A DNA stretch of 20,000 nucleotides, from the NCBI GenBank assembly GCA_038087875.1, contig JAXLNO010000460.1:57336-77335 (forward strand), written 5' to 3'. The notes beneath the pieces were generated by a model that worked only from the letters and a program-made list of their open reading frames with translations, made no database searches and was not told the DNA's origin. This document shows, one piece after another, positions 9,824 through 20,000 of this stretch. The position numbers were made by a program, and so were the translations under genes. The DNA is from Malacoraja senta (lineage: Eukaryota). The stretch's first letter is position 1; the number at the start of each line of letters is the position of its first letter.

Positions 9824-9989
9824 ATCAATCACTCATTTATATTAATCCTACACTATTCACATTTTATTCTCCCCCACCCTCCAATTAAATTCACCCAGAT
9901 GCTGCCACTCACCTACATGTGTACATTCAGAGCCGAATAATGCTTTTTATGTTTGTTTATGGGGGCCAGAGGACCTGTAGAATTATTTA
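9824..9989 (-). repeat. Left arm of a ~165-bp inverted duplication
   Basis: Reverse complement of 11090-11254 with a few substitutions and a 1-nt indel. Confidence 0.92.
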
Positions 9990-10811
9990 GATGAGTTTAA
10001 AGGAGATGTGTATGAACCTCAGCCTCATGTGAAAGGACATCATTCAGAAACCATTCAGCAGCTTTGATGATCAGGAATCACCCTAATTCACCCTCGTAAA
10101 ATCAAGGTTCATTCAGTCCAATTGTAGCAACAGTGAAAAGTTGGTCCACTTCAGCACAATGGAAGATTCAAACCACCTTCCCTCTGGTCAGAAGAATGGA
10201 TTGTTATCCAGTGATCCAACATAACTAGCCAGCATTTTGGGTTTAACCTTTTTCTCAGTATTAAAGTTAAATGCTGTGTAATTATTCTTCAACAACAAAC
10301 ATGAATTCCTGTTCACAACTAATCCAGAAAAATATTCAATAATGTTTAGGAAGAAAGCAAAGCTTAGATTTTGTCATAATAATGTTATAAATATCTCCAA
10401 AGTCCTTTCTAATTTCCGTGAATGTTGTAACAATGTTCAATATGTTTTTTCTGCTGATTTGCATTTTATCAAAGTATTCTTTCTGTTGAAATAATTTGAT
10501 CTTCATCCTTTTCAATAGCAAATGCATTATTAATTTCTTCAAATCCATGTATAGCCATGAAATGCTTTGAATTAGAATGTGTTGAATTTATTTTGCTAGG
10601 CTTTGATACAATCACATGCTGTATTATCTTTAGCTCATTCAATTTCCATCTTAATGTCTTCTTGGCCGAAATAGCTGGACTTCTGTCAAGACTAAATAAT
10701 CTAGAGATATCTCACATATTACATCTCTGAGAAACAATTGGCTATTTGAAATTCTACCTCTCATTGTTGTCTTTGAATAAGACAAAGCGAATAATCTTTA
10801 AAAACATAGAA

Positions 10812-11045
10812 TGTAGAAACAAGAAACTGCAGATGCTGGTTTAACTAAGGAAAGACACAAAATGCTGAAGTAACTCAGCGGGTCAGGCAGCATCCCTGAA
10901 GAACATGGATAGGAAATGTTTCAGATCGGGACCCTTCAGACTGAAGAAGGGTCTGAAGAACGGTGCCAACCCAAAAGGTCACCTATCCACATCCTCCAGG
11001 GATGCTGCCAAATCTGCAGAGTTAATCCAGCATTTTGTGTCTTTC
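10812..11045. mobile_element. Palindromic Penelope pLTR-derived insert (diverged)
   Basis: aaagacacaaaatgctg...ggatagg and cctatcc...cagcattttgtgtcttt are inverted arms around ctgaagaagggtc; a possible decayed TSD atct(t)taaaa(a)c.tag on both sides. Confidence 0.8.
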
Positions 11046-11089
11046 CATCTTAAAACCTAGCCATCTTTGAAGGCTGAACCACAATCTGT

Positions 11090-11254
11090 TAAATAATCTA
11101 CAGGTCCTCTGGCCCCCATAAACAAACATAAAAAGCATTATTAGGCTCTGAATGTACACATGAAGGTGAGTGGCAGCATCTGGGTGAATTTAATGGGAGG
11201 GTGGGAGAGAATAATATGTGAATAGTGTAGGATTAATATAAATGAGTGGTTGAT
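11090..11254 (+). repeat. Right arm of the inverted duplication
   Basis: Reverse complement of 9824-9989. Confidence 0.92.
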
Positions 11255-11305
11255 GGTCAGCATAGGTTTGGTGGACTGAAGGTCTTGTTCCATGCTGTAT
11301 CTTTC
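11160..11305 (+). mobile_element. HE1-like SINE 3' portion with CR1-type tail
   Basis: ggtgagtggcagcatctggg...gtggttgatggtcagc...ctgaaggtcttgttccatgctgtatct resembles the elasmobranch HE1/CR1 tail as recalled. Confidence 0.65.
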
Positions 11306-11314
11306 CTATTCTGC

Positions 11315-11385
11315 CACACCAAGCAGGTCAGGCAGCATTAATAGGAGAAACTGATGACATTTCAGATCCGGGACCCTTCACCTGA
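11315..11385 (-). mobile_element. Old Penelope pLTR fragment
   Basis: agcaggtcaggcagcat...gacatttcagatccgggacccttca is similar to the other pLTR copies in the window. Confidence 0.55.
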
Positions 11386-11569
11386 TATCTAGTATCTGTA
11401 GCTTTTTTTAAATTTTCTCTTGTTACACCTGTTTTCTATATTCTTATAGTGGAAAAAACATTTCTATTCACACTTATGGCAGTGTGAGGTTCTAGGAGTT
11501 CCTTCCAAATTTCCATTATATATGTATTTTTGTATAATTCTCTGAATTTTTTAATCAGGTGAAAGGTTT

Positions 11570-11790
11570 TAGAGACAGACTCATTTGACATCGAAACAGG
11601 CCCTTCAGTCTGACCTGATCCTGCTGACCTATCCGTGTAATCCCATTTTGGCCCATATCCCTCTATTTATTTCCTATCCATGTACCTTTTTGAACACTGC
11701 AATTGTACTCAGTTCTGACACCTCTTCTGGTAGCTCGTTCCATATACCTATCAGCATCTGTGTGAAAAGGTTGCCCCCTCAATTTCAAGT
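11570..11790 (-). mobile_element. CR1 LINE 3' fragment
   Basis: gaaacaggcccttc...cctatccatgtacc...tgtgtgaaaaggttgcccc; complement of the CR1 tail seen at 14290-14445. Confidence 0.7.
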
Positions 11791-11864
11791 CATTGTGAAA
11801 AGTTTGATAAGCTTAACTCTCAAAGAGTAACATAAAACCACCAGATTTCCTTAAAGACAAATTT

Positions 11865-12031
11865 AATTCATTGATGTGCTTCAGGGAAGAAAACTTTCTG
11901 CCCTCCCCTGATTTAACCAATGTGTTATTCCAATCCACTAATGTTCTTAACAACCTCCTCAATTCAGGGTAAATTGAAATGGATGATTAAATCTGGCCTT
12001 GTTGATGGCGCAATCAAATGAATGAATAAAA
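11865..12031 (+). mobile_element. Ancient SINE/LINE 3' tail
   Basis: ttcagggaagaaaa..tgcc...aaatctggccttg...atgaatgaataaaa resembles a common elasmobranch retroposon tail; highly diverged. Confidence 0.45.
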
Positions 12032-12103
12032 ACGTCCATTGTGGTTTTCACCAAAGCAATTAATTTTAACAATAATTGTACATTATCAAATAAGACTGTA
12101 AAA

Positions 12104-12293
12104 CAAGTCAAGTCAAGACTTTTATTTCTATAGCACATTTAAAAAGCAACTCTCGTTGGCAAAAGTGCTTTACATTGGTGGAGGTACTAACGTTATACAA
12201 CAGTGGTTCATAGATTAAGTACATACATAAATACATACATATAGCCCTCCCTCAGAGGACGTCAAGAAAGGCTTGAGAGTAAAGATGAGTTTA
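12104..12293 (-). mobile_element. L2-type LINE 3' fragment
   Basis: (caagt)n tail followed by tttatttctatagcacattt...aaagtgctttaca. Confidence 0.65.
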
Positions 12294-12295
12294 AA

Positions 12296-12520
12296 ACAAA
12301 AGAGCAGATTTAGGCCATTCGGCCCATTTAATCTGCTCTGCCATTCCTTAATGGCTGATCCGTTTTTTCCTCTCAATCCCATTCTTCTGCCTTCTCCTAT
12401 CATCTTTGGTGCCCTTACTAATCAAAAACCTACCCATCTCTGCTAAGAAAATACCCAATGACGGCCTCCAAGGCTGTCTGTTCCAATTAATTCCAAAGAT
12501 TCATTACCCTCTGGCTAAAT
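12296..12520 (-). mobile_element. CR1 LINE 3' fragment
   Basis: gagcagatttaggccattcggccc...accctctggctaa; homologous to 18702-18915 and 19162-19352. Confidence 0.75.
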
Positions 12521-12996
12521 GACAACATTCTCATTGTAAGTTTAACACAGAATGAACAAATCACTCAGCACACATGAAATAAGAATGTAATAATGGGCTT
12601 TTTTTCTGAACAGTAAGGCAATTTTCCACCCCACACCTCATCTGGTTTCTAAGATTAATTCTACCGACTCTTTGCTGATATGCGATTCCGTTTCAAGAAA
12701 ACAGTTATAGCATTTTGAACTCTTCTTCTGGGGAAACTGTTACCCTTATCCTATAATTTTCATTTTTATGATAAAAGGTCATTTATTCAAACAGTGAATT
12801 TAAGTTGGAATGAAATAATTTCAGAAAAACAAACTTTTTATCCTCAAATGATTGGGTTCAAATTACTACTTGCTTTTGCAGAGCGATCAGTGAAGTAAGC
12901 CAGAAAGCAAGGATCATTGATATATGAAGCCAGTTTCTAATTGCATTTTGTAATGGCTACTGCAGCAGTTTTGATAATATGTAAAGCAGTGAATTA

Positions 12997-13518
12997 TGTA
13001 GGAAGGAACTGCAGATGCTGGTTTAAATCGAAGGTAGACACAAAATGCTGGAGTAACTCAGCAGGTCAGCAACATCTCTGGAGAGAAGGAATGGGTGACG
13101 TTTCGGATCGAGACCTTTCTTCAGACTGATATCAGGGGAGGGGGCAGGACAAAGATAGAATGTAGTCAGAGACAGTAAGACTAGTGAGAGAACTGGGAAG
13201 GGAAGGGGATGGAGAGAGAAACCAAGAGCTAACTGAAGTTGGAGAAGTCAATGTTCATACCGCTGGGGAGTAAACTACCCAAGCGAAATATGAGGTGCAG
13301 TTCCTCCAATTTGCGCTGGGCCTCACTCTGACAATGGAGGAGGCCCAGGACAGAAAGGTCAGATTGGGAATGGGAGGGGAAGTTGAAGTGCTGAGCCACC
13401 GGGAGATCATGTAGGTTAAGACGGACTGCGCGGAGGTGTTCAGCGAACCGATCGTCGAGCCTGCGCTTGGTCTCGCCGATGTAGAGAAGTTGACACCTGG
13501 AACTGCGGATACAGTAGA
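12997..13518 (-). mobile_element. 5'-truncated Penelope-like element with TSD
   Basis: pLTR with a hammerhead-like core (13095-13126), a GIY-YIG coding remnant, and flanking direct repeat GAATTATG at 12991-12998 and 13517-13524. Confidence 0.9.
13229..13516 (-). pseudogene. Penelope GIY-YIG endonuclease C-terminal fragment (95 aa, uninterrupted, no start codon)
   Basis: YCIRSSRCQLLYIGETKRRLDDRFAEHLRAV...PVAQHFN...RKLEELHLIFRLGSLLPSGMNIDFSNFS*. Confidence 0.9.
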
Positions 13519-14122
13519 ATTATGATCTACTTCACCCAGTCTCTCAAACGCCTGTCATGTAAAATTAGCATGAGAATCGGAACGAGGAATGAAGTGGGCA
13601 ATACAGAGGTTAAAAATCAGAAATCGAGGAAATTATTTTTGTCTAGTATGACATAGATCACTGGGAGTCAGAAAATCTGTTGTTTCGTAACAAGAGTTGC
13701 TAAGCCATGTAATATAAAACCTATCATTGTTACAACCAGTAATTACTAAATAAATCCAATTATATTTTCATTTTATAATATTCTGGGGCTTTTACTCATG
13801 TTTGTCAGATTGAAGCACTTTTTTCTATTTCATTGGCCTTAATTATGGTTATTCATTCTTTTACTGTGTAATTAACTTTTTTTTAATCTCTTTTTAGCTT
13901 GACCCCTTTGATTCACTAAAAGGTGATGGGTAAGATGATATTATTGCATGAAGAATGTAAATTGGGTACTGTGAACAGTTCTTACCCCAATATCTAAGGA
14001 AGGATGTGTGGGCTTTGGAGAGGGTCTAGAGGAGGTCATTGTGAATTAAACTGGGGATATTTGGGTTGATATTTTGAAGTCTTGTTTGAAGTCTCTGGGC
14101 CTGTACTCACTGGAGTTTAGAA

Positions 14123-14195
14123 TGTGGAAACAAAGAATCCTTTTTCTCCAGAGATGCTGTTGACCTGTGCAGCTACTCCAGCACTTAGTGTCTAT
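14123..14195. mobile_element. 73-bp Penelope pLTR-derived insert with 17-bp TSD
   Basis: CTCACTGGAGTTTAGAA at 14106-14122 and 14196-14212; the insert contains ctccagagatgctg...actccagcacttagtgtct. Confidence 0.8.
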
Positions 14196-14289
14196 CTCAC
14201 TGGAGTTTAGAAGAATGAGAGAAGATCCCATTGAAAATTATTGAATAATGAAAGGATTAGATAGAGTAGATGTGGATAGGATGTTTCAG

Positions 14290-14445
14290 CAGTTAAAATA
14301 CATTTGGACAGGTACATGGATAGAAAAAGTTTAGAAGGATATGGGCCAAACGCACGTCTGTGGGTATAGTGGAGATGGGGCATCTTGATCGCTGGTAAGT
14401 TGGGCTGAAGGGCCTGTTTCCATGCTGCATGTCTCTATGACTCAA
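14290..14445 (+). mobile_element. Nested CR1 tail of a second subfamily
   Basis: catttggacaggtacatggatag...gggctgaagggcctgtttccatgctg...ctctatgactc interrupts the host CR1. Confidence 0.7.
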
Positions 14446-14979
14446 TGATGGTAGGAGTCTAGGCCCTGAGGGTACAGCCTCAGAATAAAAGGATATACTT
14501 TTAATTGGAGAAGAGGAGAAATTTGCTAGAGGGTAGTGAATGTGTGGAGTTTATTGTCACGGTCATTGAGTATTTTTAAAGCAGAAATTGATAGGTTCTT
14601 GATTACTAAGGATGTTGAAGGTTACAGGGAGAAGCCAGTAGAATGAGGTTGAGAGGGAAAAATAGATCAGCCATGACGAATAAAGGATTTGATTATCAGT
14701 TGTGATAGGAAGTGTACTGGCTCACTGCTGAGTACAATGTAAGGAATGGCTAATTTATTAAGTCACCACAGTTGAGATACTGAGAAACTGACATACTGGG
14801 TGTGCTCAGAACTTTACACAATGTCTTTACAGACAAAAAAAATACACTGTGTTCTTAAATGAGTAATGCTGAACAACATGCATAACAATATTAATACCAC
14901 AAAGTGTCATGACTGAAGATCGATTGTAGTTATATGTAGGGCTGCGACGTGGTGCTAAGTGGAGGAAGTAAGTTCCCTT

Positions 14980-15213
14980 GGTAGATACAAAATGCTGGAG
15001 TAACTCAGCGGGACAGACAGCATCTCTGGAGAGAAGGAATGGGTGACGTTTCGGGTCGAGACCCTTCTTCAGACAGCTTCAGTCTGAAGAAGAGTCTCGA
15101 CCCGAAACATCACCCATTCCGTCTCTCCAGAGATACTGCCTGTCCCACTGAGTTACTCCAGCACTTTGTGTCTACCTTCAATTTAAATCAGCATTTGCAG
15201 TTCTTTCCTACAC
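14980..15213. mobile_element. Palindromic Penelope pLTR-derived insert with 14-bp TSD
   Basis: ~95-bp inverted arms centred near 15078; AAGTAAGTTCCCTT at 14966-14979 and 15214-15227. Confidence 0.9.
15043..15074 (-). ncRNA. Minimal hammerhead ribozyme core
   Basis: The minus strand reads GU-CUGAAGA-A-GGGU-CUCG-ACCC-GAAAC-GUC-AC: CUGANGA and GAAA boxes, helix II and a GUC triplet; helix I is very short. Confidence 0.6.
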
Positions 15214-15658
15214 AAGTAAGTTCCCTTCCTCTGCTTTGACAGGTTTGTTTCCTTCTCATCATTTATCCTCGAGCCTCTTCTCACCTACTTATTCATGAAA
15301 ACTATCTCCTGCTCACCAAACCCTCACTAATCAATTCCAGGAATTCCACCAAACAACCTCATTCCTCTATGCCATTACCACCTCCTGATTTGCCTAATTC
15401 AGTTCTCCCATGATCACCTTCCCTGATTTCTCTCATATCTCTGTGATATGAACCCAATCCAACAGTAGGTAGCACATGCCTATCAACTGTCCATGATGAC
15501 ATTGCCTGCGCTTCTAATTAGTACCTCTTAAAGCCTATTTCTTGATTAATGATCAAGTCACTCTGTCTTGTTTCTTCAGCTTTGCTTTGGCTTTACCCTG
15601 GTACCTCTGTGAGAACCGTAAGGGCTATATTAACAGGATGTGTTATTACTGTTTATAT

Positions 15659-15775
15659 TATGGGGAGAAGGCAGGAAATGGGGTTGAGAGGGAGAGATAG
15701 ATCTGCCATGATTGAATGGCGGAGTAGACTTGTTGGGCAGAATGGCCAAATTCTGCTCCTATCACTCATGAACTT
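15659..15775 (+). mobile_element. CR1 LINE tail
   Basis: tatggggagaaggcaggaaatggggttgagaggg...aatggccaaattctgctcctat. Confidence 0.75.
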
Positions 15776-15884
15776 CAACATGTTGGAATGAGGTGCAGAC
15801 ATTTTATCCTGATAGAGCTGATGTTTTTCAGGGTAGAGGGATTGACTTAGTGTTTAAAGCATGATGGGGTTTGTGCTGCTTGGT

Positions 15885-16193
15885 AACATAGAACATAGAA
15901 CAGTACAGCACAGGAACGGGCCCTTCGACACACAATGTTTGTGCCGAACATTATGCCAAGTTAAACTGATCTCATCTGCCTATATCCCTTGCACTTCTAT
16001 GTGCCTATCTAAAAGCCTCTTAAATGCAACTATCAGATCTGCCTCCACCACCACACCTGACAATGCGTTCCAAGGCCCCACTACTTTCAGTGTAAAAAAA
16101 CATGCCCTGCACACCTCCATTAAACCTTTCCCCTCTCACCTTATGCTATGCCCTATAGAATTACATATTTCCACCCTGGGGAAAAGGTTCTGA
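15885..16193 (-). mobile_element. CR1 LINE 3' fragment
   Basis: (aacatag)n tail, cacaggaacgggcccttcg...ccaccctggggaaaaggttctgac. Confidence 0.75.
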
Positions 16194-16620
16194 CACAGTG
16201 GAGATTGGGAATATAACCTGAGGTTTTCCTTTGAAAAGGCTCTCTAGTAAGGCTAACACAATCAATGTAACCGTTAGATATTTTTAAATGTTTGACCTCT
16301 GGTTCATGCGACTTGAATGAATCAATTATTTATTTCCACATTGGGGCATAATTTAATAATGCATCAACATTTCACGTGCATTATATACTATTGAGGAAAA
16401 TTACTGAGGCGGCAGATGATCCAGCCTCAACTAATTAATTTTTAACTCACATGGAGCAAATAATTCATTAAACTCTCAAGCACTATGTCAGGTGCCTATA
16501 CTGAATTAATTGTGTAGTTTCATGCCAACCTAACCTGGTGTCTGTAAAATTTGGAGGATATGCCTAAACTACTTAACATTACAAAAGTTAGGCAATTAAA
16601 AGTAGACAATATGGCTAAAA

Positions 16621-16990
16621 TCTATGTAACTAAAAGCATCATCTTTACCAATTCCTGTCTGTGCTGTATATTGATTTTAGAAAAAAACACTACCCTTTAA
16701 TGCTATGATTTTTTGGCCATCTTACTCACAGTCCTCCTCAGCTGAGGCAGCCCCGAGGATTTTTCCGATCTATGAAAAATAAAAAAGTTAAGAGTGTTTT
16801 AAAAATATTGAGATCAGCTGATTAGTCCTCTCGCCTGTCAATCACCATGATGAAAGTAACGCCCCTTCTGGGAGGAGGGCAGGACTATAAAATCCCAGAT
16901 GCCTGGACATGAGTCAGTCACTCTGAAAGACCGCGAGGGAGAGGCCACAACTCTGATTCTGCTGTGAGTCTACTGAACTGTGAGTCTACC
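16621..16990 (+). mobile_element. Probable non-autonomous Helitron-like 5' fragment
   Basis: Begins A|TCTATGTAACTAAAA (Helitron-like TC start after A), has ggactataaaa and leads into tandem repeats; no 3' hairpin or CTRR end seen. Confidence 0.4.
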
Positions 16991-17072
16991 TTTTATGTGC
17001 TTTATGTGGTTATGTAGTTTATGTGGTTATGTGGTTATGTGCTTTATGTTGTTATGTGCTTTGTGTGGTTAA
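16991..17072. repeat. Degenerate (ttatgtg[g/c])n simple repeat
   Basis: Direct inspection. Confidence 0.85.
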
Positions 17073-17279
17073 CCCTTTATGTGCTTGCAATAAATGATTT
17101 GTTAGCCAGCAATGTGCTTGCAATGAATGATGATTTGTTAACCCTTAATGTGCTTGCAATGAATGATGATTTGTTAACCCTTAATGTGCTTCCAATAAAT
17201 GATTTGTTAGCCAGCAATGTGCTTGCAATGAATGATGATTTGTTAACCCTTTATGTGCTTGCAATAAATGATTTGTTAG
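17073..17279. repeat. Minisatellite, six units of 33/36 bp
   Basis: Unit lengths 33,36,36,33,36,33; core atgtgcttgcaat(g/a)aatga(tga)tttgtta. Confidence 0.95.
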
Positions 17280-18701
17280 CATGGCTGGTGGGTAATGTTA
17301 AGGAGGATAATAAGGAGTTGAGGCAATGTTGTGAGCATTATGGAACAATGCAGTTGGTGTGGTTGGTTTAGAGGAGTAGAGAGGTAAAATGTGCAATTTG
17401 ACGGAGGAGTATAGTGAGACCTGGAACAAATCAAATCACAAGAATTGGAGTTGACGTCGGCACAGGTAGAAGGAATGCCAGGATTGCTGTCAAGATGAAA
17501 TAATTGAGAAATAAAGACAAGGAAGAAAATCAGGGAAGGAATGGATATGTTGGAGTGAATGTGAACTTTCAGTGATTTTGCCTAATTCTCTGAGTTTTTC
17601 CAGCCTTTGCTTTTTTGTTTAAGGAAGTTGTGTAAGATCACTGAAAACAGCTTCAGTGTTAGAACCAACTTTGGTTGATAGTCCATTTGCAACCTTCGGT
17701 ACAAAGCTTTTAAATAAAAATAATTAAATTAAATGTTAGACTGCAATCTAAGGAATTTGTCAATGAAATGGAAGGACAATTTGGAAGGTAAAGTGAGATA
17801 ACATAATTGAAGTTGAATAGATTGATTGGATCAGAATTCCTAGCATTGAATAACTAAGATGGGGATGGAAGGCTTGGTTCTAAGGAATTATTCTAATTAA
17901 ATATTTGACTAGATAAATAAATTATATTGGTGGCTGAATGGAAGGGACTGAAAGCCATAAATGAAATTGGTTGGTTTGCAGGTAGAACATTTTTAAAAAT
18001 CTACTGGTATTTAGGTTATTCACTGTGCCTGCTTACAGAATTTTGGCCTCATACACAAGTTGTCATGAAATTTCATCGTGTTTGTTCAAAAGCAACATGC
18101 CTTCATTTTCTTTCTCGGTTTTGTAAATATTTTATAGCAATTACTTTCAGAATTAAGTTCAGAAGCGAGCAAAATAATATATTCCCTTTCATGGCAAATC
18201 TGCCATCCAGTTAATACCATTGCCAAGATAAAAGGGGACTTTAATGGCACTGGCTGTATTAACCTGACAAAGTGGAATTATGATTCTGGGTATGAGCCTG
18301 CAGCTGACAAATGTGATGGTGAAAGATGAAATTGAAACATGGTGGCCTTGTTTTATTTATCTGGTTTGGTCTTTTGATCTTGCTGTTAAACTTGCCTCAT
18401 TTGTCACACGTTCTGTCTTTGGTCATTACTGATCCAACCCACAAGATAAAAGGCAGAATTCGGAAAGCTTTTCCACTGTCAGTAATGCAACGGAATACCC
18501 AGTCACCTGACAGTGTATAGTTCTTACATTCAAAATGCTTACCGGACCAGAGACATGGCGGGCATCTTGATTGGAACCCCATCTACCATCTGCAACCTGA
18601 ATATCCTCCAAGACAGGAGTGTTAGGACTTCTGCAGTTATTTACTACTACCAGTAGACAGAGTTTCATCGGCTTTGAAGGATGCAGCTTCTCATATCACC
18701 G

Positions 18702-18915
18702 TAAGACATCGGAGCAGAATTAGGCCATTCGGCTCATCAAGGCTGATCCATTGTTCCCTCTCAATCTCATTCTCCTGCCTTCTCCCCATAACCTTTGATC
18801 CCCTTACTAAACAATAACCTATCAATCCCCAACTTTAAAAATACCCAATGACTTGGCCCCCACCGTCGAATGTGGCAATGAATTCCATTGATTCGCCACC
18901 CTCTGGCTAACTAAA
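18702..18915 (-). mobile_element. CR1 LINE 3' fragment
   Basis: ggagcagaattaggccattcggc...accctctggctaa. Confidence 0.75.
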
Positions 18916-19161
18916 TTTTTTCTCAGCACCATCTATAGAATCATAGTTCAGGCAGATTCACAAGCCATCAACAGATAGTATGCAGACACAGATAGGAAAG
19001 CTGGCCTTACATCCCATTCTAATTGCTCGGGATGGTGGTGATTAGCCACGTCTGCCAATCAATTCTTCAATTGTGAGGAAGATATTTTAATTGAACTGAT
19101 GAATAATGCATTCCAAAATTCTGATCAAACAACAACCATGTAGGAATGACTACATGTGAGG

Positions 19162-19352
19162 TCATAAGATCATAAGTAATAGGAACAGAATTAGGCCATT
19201 TGGCCCATCATGTCTACTCTGCCACTCAATCATGACTGATCTATCTTGCCCTCCTAACACCATTCCCATTCCTTCTCCCCATAACCCCTGACACCCGTAC
19301 TAATCAAGAAACTATCTATCTCTGCTTTAAAAATATCCATTGACGGCCTCCA
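19162..19352 (-). mobile_element. CR1 LINE 3' fragment interrupted at 19353
   Basis: (tcataag)n tail, ggaacagaattaggccatttggccc...ttgacggcctcca. Confidence 0.78.
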
Positions 19353-19900
19353 CGGTACCCGGACATGGCGCCCGGACATGGCGCCCGGGCGTGGTGCCGA
19401 TGGATGAGAAGCCAAAGCAAAGAAGTGGAAGACAAATAACCGAATGGAAACAAAGCCGAAACGCCAACTAACCGAAAGGGTGGGACGCCTAAATGCAAAC
19501 TAATCGAAAGGGCGGAATGCATAAAAGCCAATTAACCAAAAGGCTGCTTTGCCTAAATGCAAACTCACCGAATGGCCGTTCTGCTGAAACGCCACCTACC
19601 CTAAAGGTGGCGTCGCCTACAAGCCAACGAACCGACTGCCGCTCAACTTATAAGTCAAATAACGGACATTACGTTGCCTGGGGGCTGGACTTGTCAGCGA
19701 TTGGTCCAGACCCCCGCGTCCATCACATCACTGTGGAGGGATGAACATTGTCCCACACCTCTGCTCCACCAGACGCACAGCCCGCGGAGGGTGGCCGTGG
19801 GAGAGTGGGGGCTGTCCCGAGGGATGCACACCTTCGGCAGCTTACAACTTGGTGCTTGGGTTCAGATTGCCCTATGGCTTGTGTGTGAGCAAATGACTCC
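19353..19900. mobile_element. Terminus of an unclassified DNA transposon with internally repetitive end
   Basis: Abruptly interrupts CR1 at CGGTACCCGG; three 13-bp units (19360-19398) and twelve 16-bp units (19442-19633); CpG-rich. Confidence 0.55.
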
Positions 19901-19904
19901 CATG

Positions 19905-20000
19905 CTCCCATCTCCCCCTTCTCTCTCTCCCTTTTCTCTCTCACTTCTCTCTCTCCCTTCTCTCTCTCCCCCCTCTTCTCTCTCTCCCCCTCCCCTCTCT
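19905..20000. repeat. CT-rich low-complexity / microsatellite tract
   Basis: Almost pure pyrimidine run to the window end. Confidence 0.95.

Larger units (their letters stand above)
13960..14680 (+). mobile_element. Decayed CR1 LINE (RT C-terminus to tail) with two nested insertions
   Basis: YCEQFLPQYLRKDVWALERV*RR resembles CR1 YCVQFWSPYLRKDVLALERVQRR; ends in gaggttgagaggg...gatcagccatga. Confidence 0.8.

Noticed and set aside
9424..16193. Short ORFs at 9424, 11585, 12215, 12941, 14046, 15039, 15549 and 15861
   Set aside because: All overlap Penelope or CR1 fragments in non-coding or antisense frames.
17021..17371. 116-aa repetitive ORF
   Set aside because: Artefact of minisatellite units whose lengths are multiples of three.
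18543..18630. Possible minus-strand exon ending at a GTAAGC donor
   Set aside because: Weak acceptor, two open frames and no recognisable protein; needs RNA-seq.
19442..19633. CRISPR-like repeat-spacer array
   Set aside because: Vertebrate context, units only 16 bp, repeats not identical, the variable units are related to each other, and there are no cas genes.

Overview
Repeat-rich, gene-poor vertebrate DNA; the HE1-type SINE, CR1 and Penelope families suggest a cartilaginous fish, probably a skate or ray (inference). The main result is a heavily decayed endogenous foamy-virus-like (spumaretrovirus) provirus on the + strand. It comprises the 3' end of pol/integrase (~1-400) and an env remnant (~500-2309 and 7046-8381, with a possible tail after 8779). 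It is recognised by about a dozen collinear motifs resembling prototype foamy virus (PFV) proteins, compared by eye with sequences recalled from memory and not by database search. The env is split by a young, complete 4.7-kb Ty3/Gypsy (Mag-like) LTR retrotransposon (2310-7040) with identical 204-bp LTRs, a GTAGT target-site duplication and two frameshifts. It is split again at its membrane anchor by a DIRS-type 3' fragment. The remainder is a mosaic of Penelope-like fragments (a GIY-YIG remnant and palindromic inserts with hammerhead cores and TSDs), CR1/L2/SINE tails, a local inverted duplication, a minisatellite and a transposon end with a 16/32-bp periodic array. No host gene is confidently identified.
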